64,000 bases of DNA from an uncultured bacterium (GCA_964506245.1 CAZDKK010000001.1:289-64288), one strand, 5' to 3'. Positions 43,694 to 53,475 are shown, counted from the first letter of the stretch. The notes: generated by a model from the letters alone, not told the origin. Numbers and translations are program-made.

Positions 43694-46687
43694 ATGCGTC
43701 TCTGGAACGGCAACATCCCGCGCTCCCCGCTCTCATCGGCTCCCTCACGCGCCACGACCGCCGCCAGCCTCGTGCTGTGGACGACCCTGGCCCTGGCCAC
43801 GCTGGCCGCCCTGGCCGCCCAGCCCGCGGCCGCCGGCGCGGCCCGGCCCCTGGCCGGCGACGAGCCCGTGGGGATCCGCGTCGACAACATCTCGACCGGT
43901 GAGATCGAGCGGCTCGAGCAAGAAGGCTTCGACGTCGCCTTCCGCGGCGCCGACTACGTCGAGCTGCTCGCGCGGCCGGGGGACACCGGGCGCCTGGAAC
44001 GCATGGGCTACACCTGGAGGCTTCTCGGGCGTGACCTCTTCCCGGGTGCTCGCTCGGTGAGTGACGAGGGCAACCTGGATCCGCAGTATCACACCTACCA
44101 GGAGATGCTCGACGAACTGACGCTGCTCGCGACCACGCACCCGAACATCTGCCAGATGTACGAGATTGGCGACGCCGAGAGTCGCATCTGGTGGTGGGAC
44201 AACTACACCTACCAGTACGACATCTGGGCCGTGCGCATCTCGGACAATCCGAGCATCGATGAGCCGGAGCCGTGCATCGTCTACGATGGCCGGCATCACG
44301 CGCGCGAGCCGGTGGGGACGGAGATCTCCCTCGCCGTGGCGCGCTACTTCTGCGAGAACTACGGGGTCGACCCCGAGATCACACAGGTCGTGAATTCCAG
44401 CGAGATCTGGGTCGTGCCGATGATCAACCCCGACGGGCACCAGTGGGTGGAGAGCGTCGATCCCTGGTGGCGCAAGAACCTCTTCGATCATGACACCGAC
44501 CACCATGTCGATGACTATGAGGGCATCGATCTCAACCGCAACTACGACTGGCACTGGGAAGCCGGGAGCTGGAACAGCGAGACCTATGGTGGGCCCTACG
44601 CATTCCGTGCGCCCGAGACCACAGCCCTGCGCGACCTGTGCCTCGAGCACCGACCGGCGATCAATCCAACGTACCACAGCTACGGGCGGCAGGTCCTCTA
44701 TCCGTTCGGCTACGGCGTGCTCGCCGAGCCGGCCGTGCTCGACATCGCCACCGAGTATGCTGGGCGCATCTCCTATACGCCCATGCAATCGACCACCCCG
44801 ACAGGATCTTCCAAAGACTATTTCTACGGCGTCATCGGCACGGCCGGCTTCACGGTGGAGACGGCCACCGACTTCATCCCCAGCGGCACGTCGATGCTCG
44901 CCGAAGTGCAGCAGCTCCTGCCGGGCAGCATCTGGCTGGCGAAGCGGCTGTGGGGCCCGTCGATCCAGGGCACGGTGACCGACTCGATCGCGGGCATCCC
45001 GCTCGCGGCGACCATCCATATCCCGGAAATCATGGAGGTCTATGGCCAAGGCGAGCTGTGGGACATGCAGACCGAGGCTTCGACCGGCTACTACTGCCGC
45101 GTGCGCCCGGCGGCCCAGCAGACGATCACCCTCATGGTCAGCGCGGACGGCTACTTCGGCAAGACCGTGCGGGTGACGACGGGCGGCACGACCGCGACGG
45201 TGTTGAACATTCAGCTCGTGCCTGAGAGCTTCGACCGCGGCATCGTGCAGGGCACGGTGACCAACGCGACGGCGGGTGGCGCCCCGGTGCCCAATGCGAC
45301 GGTCACCGTGATCGGCGCGGGCGTGAGCGTGCCGACCAACGCCAGCGGCTTCTACAGCGGCTATGTGGCCCCGGGCAGCTATCGCTTGGCGGTCCACCAC
45401 GAGAGCTTCGCGCCCGACACCTCGGACTACGTCCCGGTTGTGATCGGGGAGATCACGACGGTCGACTTCTCGCTCGTCGATATCGCCGGGCCGGCGATCA
45501 CCAACACGACGCAGTACCCGAACACCGAGGACCCCGTCGGGCCCTACGAGATCGAAACCACGATCACGGACATGAGCCCGCTGGCCGAGAAGACGCTCTT
45601 CTACCGCGTGGGCACGCAGCCGTTCCAGGCCCTGCCGATGGCGTCAGTCGGCCTGAATCGCTTCCAGGCGGACATCCCCGGCCAGCCCCTCGGGTCAGTG
45701 ATCCAGTACTACGTGTTCGCGACAGACCTGGGCGGCAACCAGTCGGCGGATCCGCCCGAGGCGCCGTCCGAGCTCTACATGTTCCGCGTGTCGCCGTTCG
45801 TGGTGGTCTTCGAGGATGCGATGGAGACCGGTCAGGGCAACTGGTTGCACGCCGCGGTGACCAGCGGCTATGTCGACCAGTGGCACATCTCGACCCAGCG
45901 CAACCACACCCCGGGCGGGACGACGAGCTGGAAGTGCGGCGCGGCCGGCACGGGCACCTACGCCAACCTCCTCGACGGCGGGCTCGAGTCGCCCAGTTTC
46001 ACACTGGGTGAATCCGGCGAGCTGACGCTGTGGCACTGGATCGAGGCCGAGGCCAGCAGCTCCTATCCGACCCAGGCCTACGACGGCGGCCTGGTAGAGA
46101 TCTCCGTCGAGGGCGGCCCGTGGACACAGATCGTGCCCGAGGGCGGCTACACGCACACGATCCGCGCCAGCAGCCAACCGGGCCCGTTCCCGGCCGGCAC
46201 CCCCATCTTCTCGGGCGCGATCACCTGGAACGAGGTTACCTTCGACCTGTCGGCCTACGAGAATGTGGAGGCGCGCGTCCGCTTCCGCTTCGGCAGCGAC
46301 GGCAACACCGGCCGCGAGGGGTGGTACATCGACGACGTGCTGGTCCGTTCGATGAATCCCGCGTCCGGCGTCGAGGAACAACCGCTCTCCCTGGCGCCGC
46401 TGCGCTGCACACGGCTCCTCTGCAGCCCGAGCCCGTGCCTGGCCGGCGTCGGCGCGGGTGTGCGCTACGAACTGAGCCGTCCGGCCCCGGTCGTGGTGCG
46501 CGTCTTCGATGCCGCCGGCCGCCAGGTGTCGGTCCTGACCGCCGGGCAGGCGCAGGCCGCAGGATCGATCTGGTGGGACGGCCGCGATGCCGCCGGCCGC
46601 CCGGTGGGTTCGGGCATGTACCTCCTGCGGCTCGACGCCGCCGGGCAGAGCCTGATCGGCCGCAAGGTGATGCTGCTGGCGAGGTAG
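43694..46687 (+). CDS. Secreted M14 zinc carboxypeptidase with carboxypeptidase-regulatory-like domains and a T9SS/Por-type C-terminal sorting domain
   Basis: Signal peptide. M14 motifs (HAREPVG..., INPDGHQW, GTAGFTVE). CarbopepD_reg-like beta-sandwich repeats (GTVTDSIAGIPLAA..., GTVTNATAGGAPVPNATVTV). C-terminal roughly 75 aa (VRVFDAAGRQVSVL...GMYLLRLDAAGQSLIGRKVMLL) typical of the FlgD-Ig/T9SS CTD. Confidence 0.85.
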   Translation: MRLWNGNIPRSPLSSAPSRATTAASLVLWTTLALATLAALAAQPAAAGAARPLAGDEPVGIRVDNISTGEIERLEQEGFDVAFRGADYVELLARPGDTGRLERMGYTWRLLGRDLFPGARSVSDEGNLDPQYHTYQEMLDELTLLATTHPNICQMYEIGDAESRIWWWDNYTYQYDIWAVRISDNPSIDEPEPCIVYDGRHHAREPVGTEISLAVARYFCENYGVDPEITQVVNSSEIWVVPMINPDGHQWVESVDPWWRKNLFDHDTDHHVDDYEGIDLNRNYDWHWEAGSWNSETYGGPYAFRAPETTALRDLCLEHRPAINPTYHSYGRQVLYPFGYGVLAEPAVLDIATEYAGRISYTPMQSTTPTGSSKDYFYGVIGTAGFTVETATDFIPSGTSMLAEVQQLLPGSIWLAKRLWGPSIQGTVTDSIAGIPLAATIHIPEIMEVYGQGELWDMQTEASTGYYCRVRPAAQQTITLMVSADGYFGKTVRVTTGGTTATVLNIQLVPESFDRGIVQGTVTNATAGGAPVPNATVTVIGAGVSVPTNASGFYSGYVAPGSYRLAVHHESFAPDTSDYVPVVIGEITTVDFSLVDIAGPAITNTTQYPNTEDPVGPYEIETTITDMSPLAEKTLFYRVGTQPFQALPMASVGLNRFQADIPGQPLGSVIQYYVFATDLGGNQSADPPEAPSELYMFRVSPFVVVFEDAMETGQGNWLHAAVTSGYVDQWHISTQRNHTPGGTTSWKCGAAGTGTYANLLDGGLESPSFTLGESGELTLWHWIEAEASSSYPTQAYDGGLVEISVEGGPWTQIVPEGGYTHTIRASSQPGPFPAGTPIFSGAITWNEVTFDLSAYENVEARVRFRFGSDGNTGREGWYIDDVLVRSMNPASGVEEQPLSLAPLRCTRLLCSPSPCLAGVGAGVRYELSRPAPVVVRVFDAAGRQVSVLTAGQAQAAGSIWWDGRDAAGRPVGSGMYLLRLDAAGQSLIGRKVMLLAR

Positions 46688-46701
46688 AGTTGCCGGCGCA
46701 A

Positions 46702-48801
46702 ATGGGCGACCGCGACAGCCGCAAGGATGCGTCCCCGCGGGTTCCGCCGGATGAGACCCGGCGACGGGGCGTCACCATAGCCGCCGTGCTGATCTGCGCC
46801 GTGGTGGGCCTCGCCTTCAGCAACAGTTTCGGCGGCGTGTTCGTGCTCGACGACCTGCCGAACATCGTCCGCAATCCGGCCATCCGCACCCTGTGGCCGC
46901 CGTGGCGAGCGCTTGCCAATCCCCCGCTCGGCTTGAACGGCCGTCCGCTGGTCACGCTCACGCTGGCCCTCAACTACGCCGTGAGCGGCGAGCAGGCCTG
47001 GAGCTACCACGTCCTCAATCTTCTGATCCACATCCTCGCCGCGCTCACGCTGATGGGGATCCTGCGGCGAACCCTGCTCATGCCCCGCCTGCACGCCGGC
47101 TTCGGAGGGGCCGCGACGCCGCTGGCCGCGATCGCAGCGGTGATCTGGGCGGTGCATCCGCTGCAGACCCAAGCCATCACCTACGTCATCCAACGCTGTG
47201 AATCGCTGATGGGCCTCTTCTTCCTGCTCACGCTCTACGCGGCGATCCGCGGCTGGCAGTCACCCGCACCGCGGCGCTGGCACGCGGCGGCCATCGCGGC
47301 CTTCCTGGCCGGTGCCGGCAGCAAGGAGGTCATCGCCGCCGCCCCGCCGCTGGTCTTCCTCTATGATCTGCTCTTCGTGCACGAACGTCCGCGCGAGGCC
47401 CTGCGCGGCTCGCGCGCGTTGTACGCCGGGCTCCTGATCGGCCTGGTCCTGCTCGCGGTACAGGTGGTCGCGTCCAGCATGAGCACGCTCGGACTCGAGC
47501 GGCTGTCGATCACTTCGGCCGAGTATGCCCGCACCCAGCCAGAGGTCATCCTGCACTACCTGCGCCTGGCGATCTGGCCGCACCCGCTGGTGCTCGACTA
47601 CCAGTGGCCGATCGCCCGGCCCGCCGCGGCCATCGTGCCCGGCACGATCCTGCTCGTGCTCCTGGGCGCAACCGCCTGGGCTTGCTGGCGGCGGCGTCCG
47701 CTCGGATATCCGGGTGCGTGGTTCTTCCTCATCCTCGCGCCCAGCTCGAGCGTGATCCCGATCCGCGATCTGGCCTTCGAGCACCGGATGTACCTGCCCC
47801 TGGCCAGCGTGGTCGTGCTGGCAGTGGTTGGGGCCTACGCCCTGGCGCGGCGACGGGCGCGCGTCGGGATGGCGGGAGCGCTGGTGGTCGTCACGGTGCT
47901 GGGTTTCCTGACGTTCGACCGCAACCGCGACTACCGGAGCGAGCTGACGATCTGGACCGATACGGTTGCAAAGCGGCCCCTCAACGCCGGTGCGCATCTG
48001 AACCTGGGTGCGGCGCTCGACGCGGCCGGACGCACGCGGGAAGCGCGGGAGCATACCGAGCGGGCCGCGCGGCTCAACCCCGCGTCGGCCCTGGCCCGCA
48101 ACAACCTCGGGTGCATGTTGGCGGGGGAGGGCGACCTGGCCGGGGCAGCGACGCAGCTCGAGGAAGCGACGCGCCTGGATCCCACCTACGCCGAGGCGCA
48201 GTACAACCTGGGCAACGTGCTGCACGGGTTGCGGCGCTTCGCGGAAGCGGAGGCGCACTATCGCCGCGCGCTGGAGCTTCAGCCAGGCTACTTCGCCGCG
48301 CAGCGCAGCCTGGGCCGAACGCTGCAAGCGACCGGGAAGCTGGCGGAGGCCGCGGAGAGCTACCGCCTGGCCCTGCGGATGAATCCGCGAGACGCCGAGG
48401 TCCACCACGACCTGGGGGGCGTCCTCCTCGGAGGCGGGCGACTGGACGAGGCCCTGGCGAGTTTTCGCGAGGCGGCGCGCCTGAAGCCCGATTGGCTGGC
48501 GCCGCAGAACGCCATCGCCTGGATCTTGGCGACCCACCCCGATCCCGACCGCCGCGATCCGGCCGCCGCCGTGCGGATGGCCGAGCAGCTGGCGGCGCGG
48601 ACCGGGCAACAGAACTCGGGGGTGCTCGACACGCTGGCCGCGGCCTATGCCGCCGCCGGACGATTCACCGACGCGATCAGAACCGCAGAGCAGGCCCTGG
48701 CGGTCCTCAACGCGCGCGGGCCGGAGGGCCCGGCCCGCGAGATCGAGCAGCGGCTGGCCCTCTATCGGCAGGGCCAGCCGTTCGTATGTGCGATGCGCTA
48801 G
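46702..48801 (+). CDS. TMTC-like membrane protein: N-terminal multi-TM (DUF1736/PMT-like) domain plus C-terminal TPR repeats; putative protein O-mannosyl/glycosyl-transferase-like
   Basis: ATG at 46702 in frame with ORF 46030..48801 (residue 225 of that ORF). About 10 TM helices followed by 6 or more TPRs (NAGAHLNLGAALDAAGRTREAREHTERAARLNP...). Confidence 0.75.
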   Translation: MGDRDSRKDASPRVPPDETRRRGVTIAAVLICAVVGLAFSNSFGGVFVLDDLPNIVRNPAIRTLWPPWRALANPPLGLNGRPLVTLTLALNYAVSGEQAWSYHVLNLLIHILAALTLMGILRRTLLMPRLHAGFGGAATPLAAIAAVIWAVHPLQTQAITYVIQRCESLMGLFFLLTLYAAIRGWQSPAPRRWHAAAIAAFLAGAGSKEVIAAAPPLVFLYDLLFVHERPREALRGSRALYAGLLIGLVLLAVQVVASSMSTLGLERLSITSAEYARTQPEVILHYLRLAIWPHPLVLDYQWPIARPAAAIVPGTILLVLLGATAWACWRRRPLGYPGAWFFLILAPSSSVIPIRDLAFEHRMYLPLASVVVLAVVGAYALARRRARVGMAGALVVVTVLGFLTFDRNRDYRSELTIWTDTVAKRPLNAGAHLNLGAALDAAGRTREAREHTERAARLNPASALARNNLGCMLAGEGDLAGAATQLEEATRLDPTYAEAQYNLGNVLHGLRRFAEAEAHYRRALELQPGYFAAQRSLGRTLQATGKLAEAAESYRLALRMNPRDAEVHHDLGGVLLGGGRLDEALASFREAARLKPDWLAPQNAIAWILATHPDPDRRDPAAAVRMAEQLAARTGQQNSGVLDTLAAAYAAAGRFTDAIRTAEQALAVLNARGPEGPAREIEQRLALYRQGQPFVCAMR

Positions 48802-49517
48802 CCCCGGCGGCGCCTGAAGAGCGCGAGCCCGGAACCGGCGAGAGCCAGACCCAGCAGGGCCACTGACGAAGGCTCGGGGACGTCATCGGGGGGGCCCAGC
48901 AGGTCCTGGTCGCCCTCCCAGTCCCAGTACGTGGCCACGTCCTGGCCGCGATCGTCCAGGTACTGGGCCACGAAGCCGTCGTAGAAGCCCTCTGCCGTGT
49001 AGCCGAAGTAGGAGATGTTGTCCAGACCGAGAACCTTGAAGTTGCCCGCGGTCAGGTCCCAGCCAGTCCTGCGGCCGCCGTCGTAGATCGCTTCCCACAC
49101 GGAGATCTGCAACGCCGCGCGGCTCAGCTTGTCTTCCACGGTGTTCTGGTTGTACAGCGGCACGCCATACTTGTTGTAGAGGTACGCCGCCCAGTCCAGC
49201 CCTGCCTGCGAGATGCCCGAGGCCATCGCACTCGATGGAACCTCGTTGGTCGGATAGACGTTCCAGTAGCGAGGATGGCCGTACATCCCGGTCCCGATGT
49301 CCAGGCAGTAGAAATCAGCCCAGTACGTTCCCGAGGCGTCGTACCCCTGCCACGACCCGAAGCTGTAGTTGAGCAGGTTCGTGGAGTTGACGGAGAAGTC
49401 GCCCACCAGGACGTTGTAGTTGTAGGAGAACTCCGGGTCCATGTAGACGACGGAGGCTCCGGACGCCGCCGGCAGGCAGAGTGCCACCGCTGCCATCGCC
49501 AATAACCATCTCAGCAT
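48798..49517 (-). CDS. PEP-CTERM sorting-domain protein (exosortase substrate)
   Basis: N-terminal signal peptide (ATG at 49517; the ORF-track start is a TTG 7 codons upstream). The C-terminus is VPEPSSVALLGLALAGSGLALFRRRRG, i.e. the PEP motif plus a TM plus an Arg cluster. Confidence 0.8.
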   Translation of the reverse strand: MLRWLLAMAAVALCLPAASGASVVYMDPEFSYNYNVLVGDFSVNSTNLLNYSFGSWQGYDASGTYWADFYCLDIGTGMYGHPRYWNVYPTNEVPSSAMASGISQAGLDWAAYLYNKYGVPLYNQNTVEDKLSRAALQISVWEAIYDGGRRTGWDLTAGNFKVLGLDNISYFGYTAEGFYDGFVAQYLDDRGQDVATYWDWEGDQDLLGPPDDVPEPSSVALLGLALAGSGLALFRRRRG

Positions 49518-49690
49518 GGTCGCAACCCCCAGTCTCAAAGGTGTCCCTTGCCGTCATGCGATTCCCTGCTGGATGCCGGGGCATCGGCAGGGCATCTATG
49601 AAGCGACCTCGGGCGGGCCACGGGGGTCCTCCGAGGTAACGCATGTAAACTATACACCATAAGTATACGCATGTCAAGTTTGTCGTGGAA

Positions 49691-49798
49691 CGAGGATTGG
49701 TGAGGATCACAGTGTAAATGATTACAAAACATTCATTTAGGCAGACAGGTTGTCATGCCAGCGGACGTGGGCTGTGAGTCCCGGAGGGTTCGCAAGGC
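49691..49798. other. Conserved intergenic element, copy A (about 108 nt); candidate cis-regulatory element or small structured RNA
   Basis: About 80% identical over two conserved arms to 59720..59828 (acgaggattgNtgaggat...gtaaatg / gtcatgcca...gg.tg.ga..cccggagggttcgcaaggc). It lies in an unusually AT-rich intergenic island. Confidence 0.4.
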
Positions 49799-49871
49799 AG
49801 CCGGGGGGGTCACCAATCTTCGCACCACAGCCTGGGAAGAAGTGCGGCAGGTCACCGTAAGTCATTTTCAT

Positions 49872-51041
49872 TCAAATAATTGTGCGCTCAAGAGCCATCC
49901 CGGGCCACCACTCCCTCAGGCGGGCCAGGAAGCTCTCCGCCTGCCCGTCAGCAGTGTACCCCTTGAGGACCGTCGCGCGGGCCTGCTCCGCCTCCCGGAC
50001 CCAGGCGGCCGGGTCGGCGACGAGCGCCTCCACTGCGTCGGCCAGAGCCTCGGGCGACGCGGCCCGGGCGGCGATCACCCCGCTGCCGCGGGGGAACGAG
50101 GTGGGGACGGCTGGGACGGGGGGACCGTCGCAGACCACGACGGGGCAGCCGCAGGCCAGCGCCTCGAGCACCGCCATGCTGAGGCCCTCGGACCGGCTGG
50201 GGTGAAGGAGCACATGGCTGGCGGCGACGGCGCGGCGCAGCTCTTCGGGTGGCAACAGGCCTCGGAAGACAACTGCATCCGGTCCAGCGCCTGCCCGCGC
50301 CCGGCCCTCGAGCTGCGGCCGCTCGGGGCCGTCGCCGCAGACATCGAGGCGCGCTGCCATCCCGCGCGCGCGCAGGGTGACCAGGGCATCGAGCGCGAGG
50401 TCGGCACGCTTGCGGTCGGTCAGCACGCCGGCGAAGCACAGGCGCAGCGCGTCACGAGCGGGGGGGAGACGCCCCGGGTCTGGTCGCCACACGTCCAGGT
50501 CGACCCCGTTCGGCACGACCACGGCCGCGCGGGCCGCGCGGCCGCAGAGCGGGAGCCGGGCGAGGAGGGCGCGCAACTCCTCGGTGACACAGACCAGGTG
50601 ATCCGCGGCCAATGCCGTGCCCACAGCGCGCCACGCGCCCGGCCCGCGCAGCTCCTCGGTAGGGCCGTGCACGTACCCGATCACTGCGCCCCACGGGCGC
50701 AGCGAGCGCAGCGCACCCAGCACGGGGAAGAGCCGCAGGCCGTGGAAGACCACGAGGCCATGGGTGCCGGCCCGGGCCGCCAGGCGGCGGGCCGCGCTCA
50801 GATAGGCGTCCGGCCGCGGGCCGGGACGCTTGGCCACGTACTCCCAGGCGACGGAGTGCTCCTCGAGCACCCGCAGGTAGGTGGGTCGCGGATCGGGCAC
50901 GCCGTAGAGGACCGCTGTCTGCGGAAGCCGTCCAGCCAGACGGCATGCCAGGTTCACGGCCACGGCGCTGGCGCCGGAGGGTCCGCTGTAGAAGCAGTGC
51001 ACGAGATCGCCTGCTGCGCGCGCAGTCGCGCCGTTCCCCAT
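49872..51041 (-). CDS. GT4-family glycosyltransferase
   Basis: ATG at 51041 (MGNGATARAAGDLVHCFYSG...). Motif HPSRSEGLSMAVLEALACGCPVVVCD. Confidence 0.8.
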   Translation of the reverse strand: MGNGATARAAGDLVHCFYSGPSGASAVAVNLACRLAGRLPQTAVLYGVPDPRPTYLRVLEEHSVAWEYVAKRPGPRPDAYLSAARRLAARAGTHGLVVFHGLRLFPVLGALRSLRPWGAVIGYVHGPTEELRGPGAWRAVGTALAADHLVCVTEELRALLARLPLCGRAARAAVVVPNGVDLDVWRPDPGRLPPARDALRLCFAGVLTDRKRADLALDALVTLRARGMAARLDVCGDGPERPQLEGRARAGAGPDAVVFRGLLPPEELRRAVAASHVLLHPSRSEGLSMAVLEALACGCPVVVCDGPPVPAVPTSFPRGSGVIAARAASPEALADAVEALVADPAAWVREAEQARATVLKGYTADGQAESFLARLREWWPGMALERTII

Positions 51042-51176
51042 GGTTTGCTCCACGATCTGATTATGCACGCGCGCAGTACGAAAGGGAATGCGCACCGGCA
51101 TCGGGGAATGCTATGACTGTCCGGGCCGAGGATTCCGGAAGAGATCGGCTGGCGTGAGGATCACGGTGGAGGGGGC

Positions 51177-51968
51177 ATGATCGCAGACGTGCTCAAGGCC
51201 GCCCTGGAGGCGCTGGCCCACGGGGAGTCGTTTGCCGTGGCGACGGTGATCACGGCGCGTGGATCTTCGCCCGGCAAGCCGGGCCACAAGATGGTCGTGC
51301 GCGCCGGAGGCGCCCAGGTGGGCACGATCGGCGGGGGGCAACTCGAGCTGCATGTCCAGCGCGAGGTCGCGGCCATGCTCGCAGCAGGGCAGGGCGGCGT
51401 GCTGGAATACTCCTTCGAGCCTGGGGCGCCCAACAACCCGGGTATGACCTGCGGGGGCAGCGTGACCATCGCGGTCGAGGTGGTGCCGGCCGCGCCGCGT
51501 CTCCTCCTGTGTGGGGGCGGCCACGTTGCGCAGTCACTGGCGCAGCACCTGGGGGGACTCGGCTTCGCGCACGTGGTCGCCGACGAGCGACCACAGGTCG
51601 CGGGGCGCGAGCAGTTCCCGAACGCCGCCGACATCCGGCATGAGTCGCCGGCCGCGCTCATCCGCCGCGATGGCCTTGCCGGCTTCAGCCACGTGATCAT
51701 CTTCACCCACGATCACGCCCTCGATCGCGAGATCCTGCTGGCCGTCGCGCGCGCCGGCTTCGCGGGCTACGTCGGTCTGATCGGCAGCGCGCGCAAGTGG
51801 GCCACGACCCGCGCGGCACTGCTCGCCGCGGGTGTCGCGGCGGAGTGGATCGATCGCGTCCACTGCCCGATCGGGCTGTCGATCGGAGCCCGCACGCCGG
51901 CCGAGATCGCGGTGTCGATCGCCGCCGAGCTGATCCGCGAGCGAAACGCCGCGAGCGACGCACGCTGA
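51177..51968 (+). CDS. xdhC: XdhC/CoxI-family molybdenum-cofactor insertion/accessory protein
   Basis: XdhC N-terminal domain (FAVATVITARGSSPGKPGHKMVV) and the Rossmann-like C-terminal domain (LLLCGGGHVAQSLA...IIFTHDHALD). Confidence 0.8.
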   Translation: MIADVLKAALEALAHGESFAVATVITARGSSPGKPGHKMVVRAGGAQVGTIGGGQLELHVQREVAAMLAAGQGGVLEYSFEPGAPNNPGMTCGGSVTIAVEVVPAAPRLLLCGGGHVAQSLAQHLGGLGFAHVVADERPQVAGREQFPNAADIRHESPAALIRRDGLAGFSHVIIFTHDHALDREILLAVARAGFAGYVGLIGSARKWATTRAALLAAGVAAEWIDRVHCPIGLSIGARTPAEIAVSIAAELIRERNAASDAR

Positions 51969-52116
51969 TCCGCGCGGCGCGGGGAACGCATCCGCGGTTG
52001 CCCCGTGCGACGGCGTGACCTACCTTGAGGCCTGAGGCCGCCGGCGGCGGGCAGCCCCGCTGTGAGCGGCTGGCATGGTGAAACCCTGGGTCTGGCCTGT
52101 TGCAAGGAGTCCGCCC

Positions 52117-53475
52117 ATGAAGCATGCCTCCCTCGTCGCCGTCCATCTGCTCGCCATCGGCCTCGCGGCCTCCGGCTGGGTCGTCGCGGGGGCGCAGAAG
52201 CCGCAGCCGGCTGCCGCCGAGACCGCTGCCGGTCGCTGCATGACCTGTCACAAGGAAAAGACCCCGGGGCTGTACCGGCAGTGGTACGTGTCGGCGCATG
52301 CCAAGCATGATGTGACCTGCCTGGAGTGCCACGGGGCGCAGCGCTCCGATCCGGACGCCTATGTACACGAGGGGGTCCACATCGCGACGCTGGTCACGCC
52401 CGCGGACTGCGGCCAGTGTCACGACCGCGAGGCGGGCGAGGTGGGTGGCTCGCATCACGCCAAGGCCGGTGAGATCCTCGAGTCGGCCGATGCGTACATG
52501 GCCCACGCGGCGGGGGGCCAGCCAGCGGCCATCGCCGGATGTGAGAGCTGCCATGGGTGCAAGGTCAAGCTCGACTCGAGCTCCCGCAACAGGCTGTCGC
52601 GCGAGAGCTGGCCCAACTCCGGCATCGGCCGCCTCAACCCCGACGGGAGCAAAGGCGCCTGCAATGCCTGCCACACGCGCCACAGCTTCTCCAAGGCTCA
52701 GGCGCGGCAGCCGGAATCGTGCGGCAAGTGCCACCTCGGACCAGACCACCCGCAGAAAGAAGTGTACGAGGAGTCGAAGCACGGCAACGCCTATTACACG
52801 CACATCCCCGACATGAATCTGAACGCGGATCGATGGGTGGTCGGGGTGGACTACTTCGAGGCGCCGACCTGTGCAACCTGCCACCTCTCGGAGACCAGCA
52901 AGCAGAAGGTGACCCACGATGTGGGCCAGCGGATCTCTTGGACCCTGCGACCGGAGATCTCCCAGCTCAACGAGAACTGGCAGCAGAAGCGGGCCAACAT
53001 GCAGGATGTCTGCTCGACCTGCCACCTTCAGGAGTTCGTTGCTGGTCACTACTTCCAGATGGATGGCGTGATCCGCCTGTACGACGAGAAGTTCGGCAAG
53101 CCGGCCGGCGAGATCATGAAGATGATCCGCGACCAAGGGCTGCTGGAGAACCCTTCGGCCTTCGGCAACGAGGTGGAGTGGACCTACTGGGAGATCTGGC
53201 ACCACGAGGGTCGCCGAGCCCGCCACGGCGCGGCGATGATGGGACCTGACTACACCTGGTGGCACGGGATCTATGACGTGGCCCAGCACTTCTACTTCGA
53301 GTTCCTGCCCGAGGCGCGCGCCTACAACAACGCCGAGATCAACGCCTACATCGACAAGCTGCTGGCAAGTGACCCCATGCATACCTGGATCCGGCGGCCG
53401 ACGGCCGAGATCAAACAGGACATCCGCAGCGGGCGGCTGCAGGAGACCTACCGTCACCTCTTCAGGCCGGAATAG
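52117..53475 (+). CDS. Periplasmic octaheme cytochrome c of the hydroxylamine-oxidoreductase (HAO)/octaheme reductase family
   Basis: ATG at 52117 with an AAGGAG RBS and a signal peptide. Eight CxxCH motifs (CMTCH, CLECH, CGQCH, CESCH, CNACH, CGKCH, CATCH, CSTCH) in about 450 aa. Confidence 0.8.
   Translation: MKHASLVAVHLLAIGLAASGWVVAGAQKPQPAAAETAAGRCMTCHKEKTPGLYRQWYVSAHAKHDVTCLECHGAQRSDPDAYVHEGVHIATLVTPADCGQCHDREAGEVGGSHHAKAGEILESADAYMAHAAGGQPAAIAGCESCHGCKVKLDSSSRNRLSRESWPNSGIGRLNPDGSKGACNACHTRHSFSKAQARQPESCGKCHLGPDHPQKEVYEESKHGNAYYTHIPDMNLNADRWVVGVDYFEAPTCATCHLSETSKQKVTHDVGQRISWTLRPEISQLNENWQQKRANMQDVCSTCHLQEFVAGHYFQMDGVIRLYDEKFGKPAGEIMKMIRDQGLLENPSAFGNEVEWTYWEIWHHEGRRARHGAAMMGPDYTWWHGIYDVAQHFYFEFLPEARAYNNAEINAYIDKLLASDPMHTWIRRPTAEIKQDIRSGRLQETYRHLFRPE

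Noticed and set aside
49755-51116. A 453-aa plus-strand ORF spanning the conserved-element region and the GT4 gene.
   Set aside because: It is antisense to a well-supported GT4 glycosyltransferase and has a low-complexity composition. Its start lies inside the AT-rich intergenic island with no RBS.
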